This document shows positions 63,954 through 64,000 of a DNA stretch of 64,000 bases, piece by piece. Origin of the DNA: Stylophora pistillata (Eukaryota). Both the position numbers and the translations under genes were made by a program. The stretch covers positions 1,141,936 to 1,205,935 of the forward strand of contig NW_019217797.1 of NCBI RefSeq assembly GCF_002571385.2, read 5' to 3'. The first letter of the stretch is position 1. Every line of letters begins with the position of its first letter. Under the pieces are notes generated by a model. The model made no database searches. It saw only the letters and a list, made by a program, of their open reading frames with translations, and had not been told where the DNA came from.

Positions 63954-64000
63954 ATAATTCATCGAGACCTGGCAGCACGCAACGTGTTGGTTGGAGAAAA
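63954..64000 (+). CDS. Gene C kinase catalytic-loop exon (truncated by the window end)
   Basis: IIHRDLAARNVLVGE, the tyrosine kinase signature. Confidence 0.92.
   Translation, partial: MIHRDLAARNVLVGE

Noticed and set aside
62116-64000. Naming gene C as FGFR or RET
   Set aside because: The kinase is related, but the Ig plus SEA ectodomain differs and orthology cannot be shown without a phylogeny.

Overview
AT-rich, intron-containing animal DNA with N-gaps. The repeat families and kinase type suggest a cnidarian, probably a stony coral (inference). The window holds a cluster of three paralogous multi-exon Ig-SEA-transmembrane receptor genes, reconstructed here by hand from splice sites and codon phase. 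Gene A (+, ~15.8-28.6 kb) is a transposon-riddled unprocessed pseudogene of an Ig/SEA receptor tyrosine kinase. Gene B (-, 50949 to ~31-33 kb) looks intact: signal peptide, atypical V-like Ig, two Ig, SEA with GSVVV, TM and a short tail with no kinase. Gene C (+, 51667 to beyond the window end) has a parallel ectodomain plus a RET/FGFR-like tyrosine kinase. B and C are head-to-head, with start codons about 720 bp apart, and form a candidate kinase / kinase-less receptor pair. The rest is mobile DNA: Penelope-like remnants with minimal hammerhead ribozyme motifs, a near-perfect 247-bp tRNA-like tandem array folded into a 1.5-kb inverted repeat, tRNA-derived SINEs, RTE, CRE and L2/CR1 LINE ends, a Harbinger relic, MULE-like MITEs, a solo LTR and satellites.
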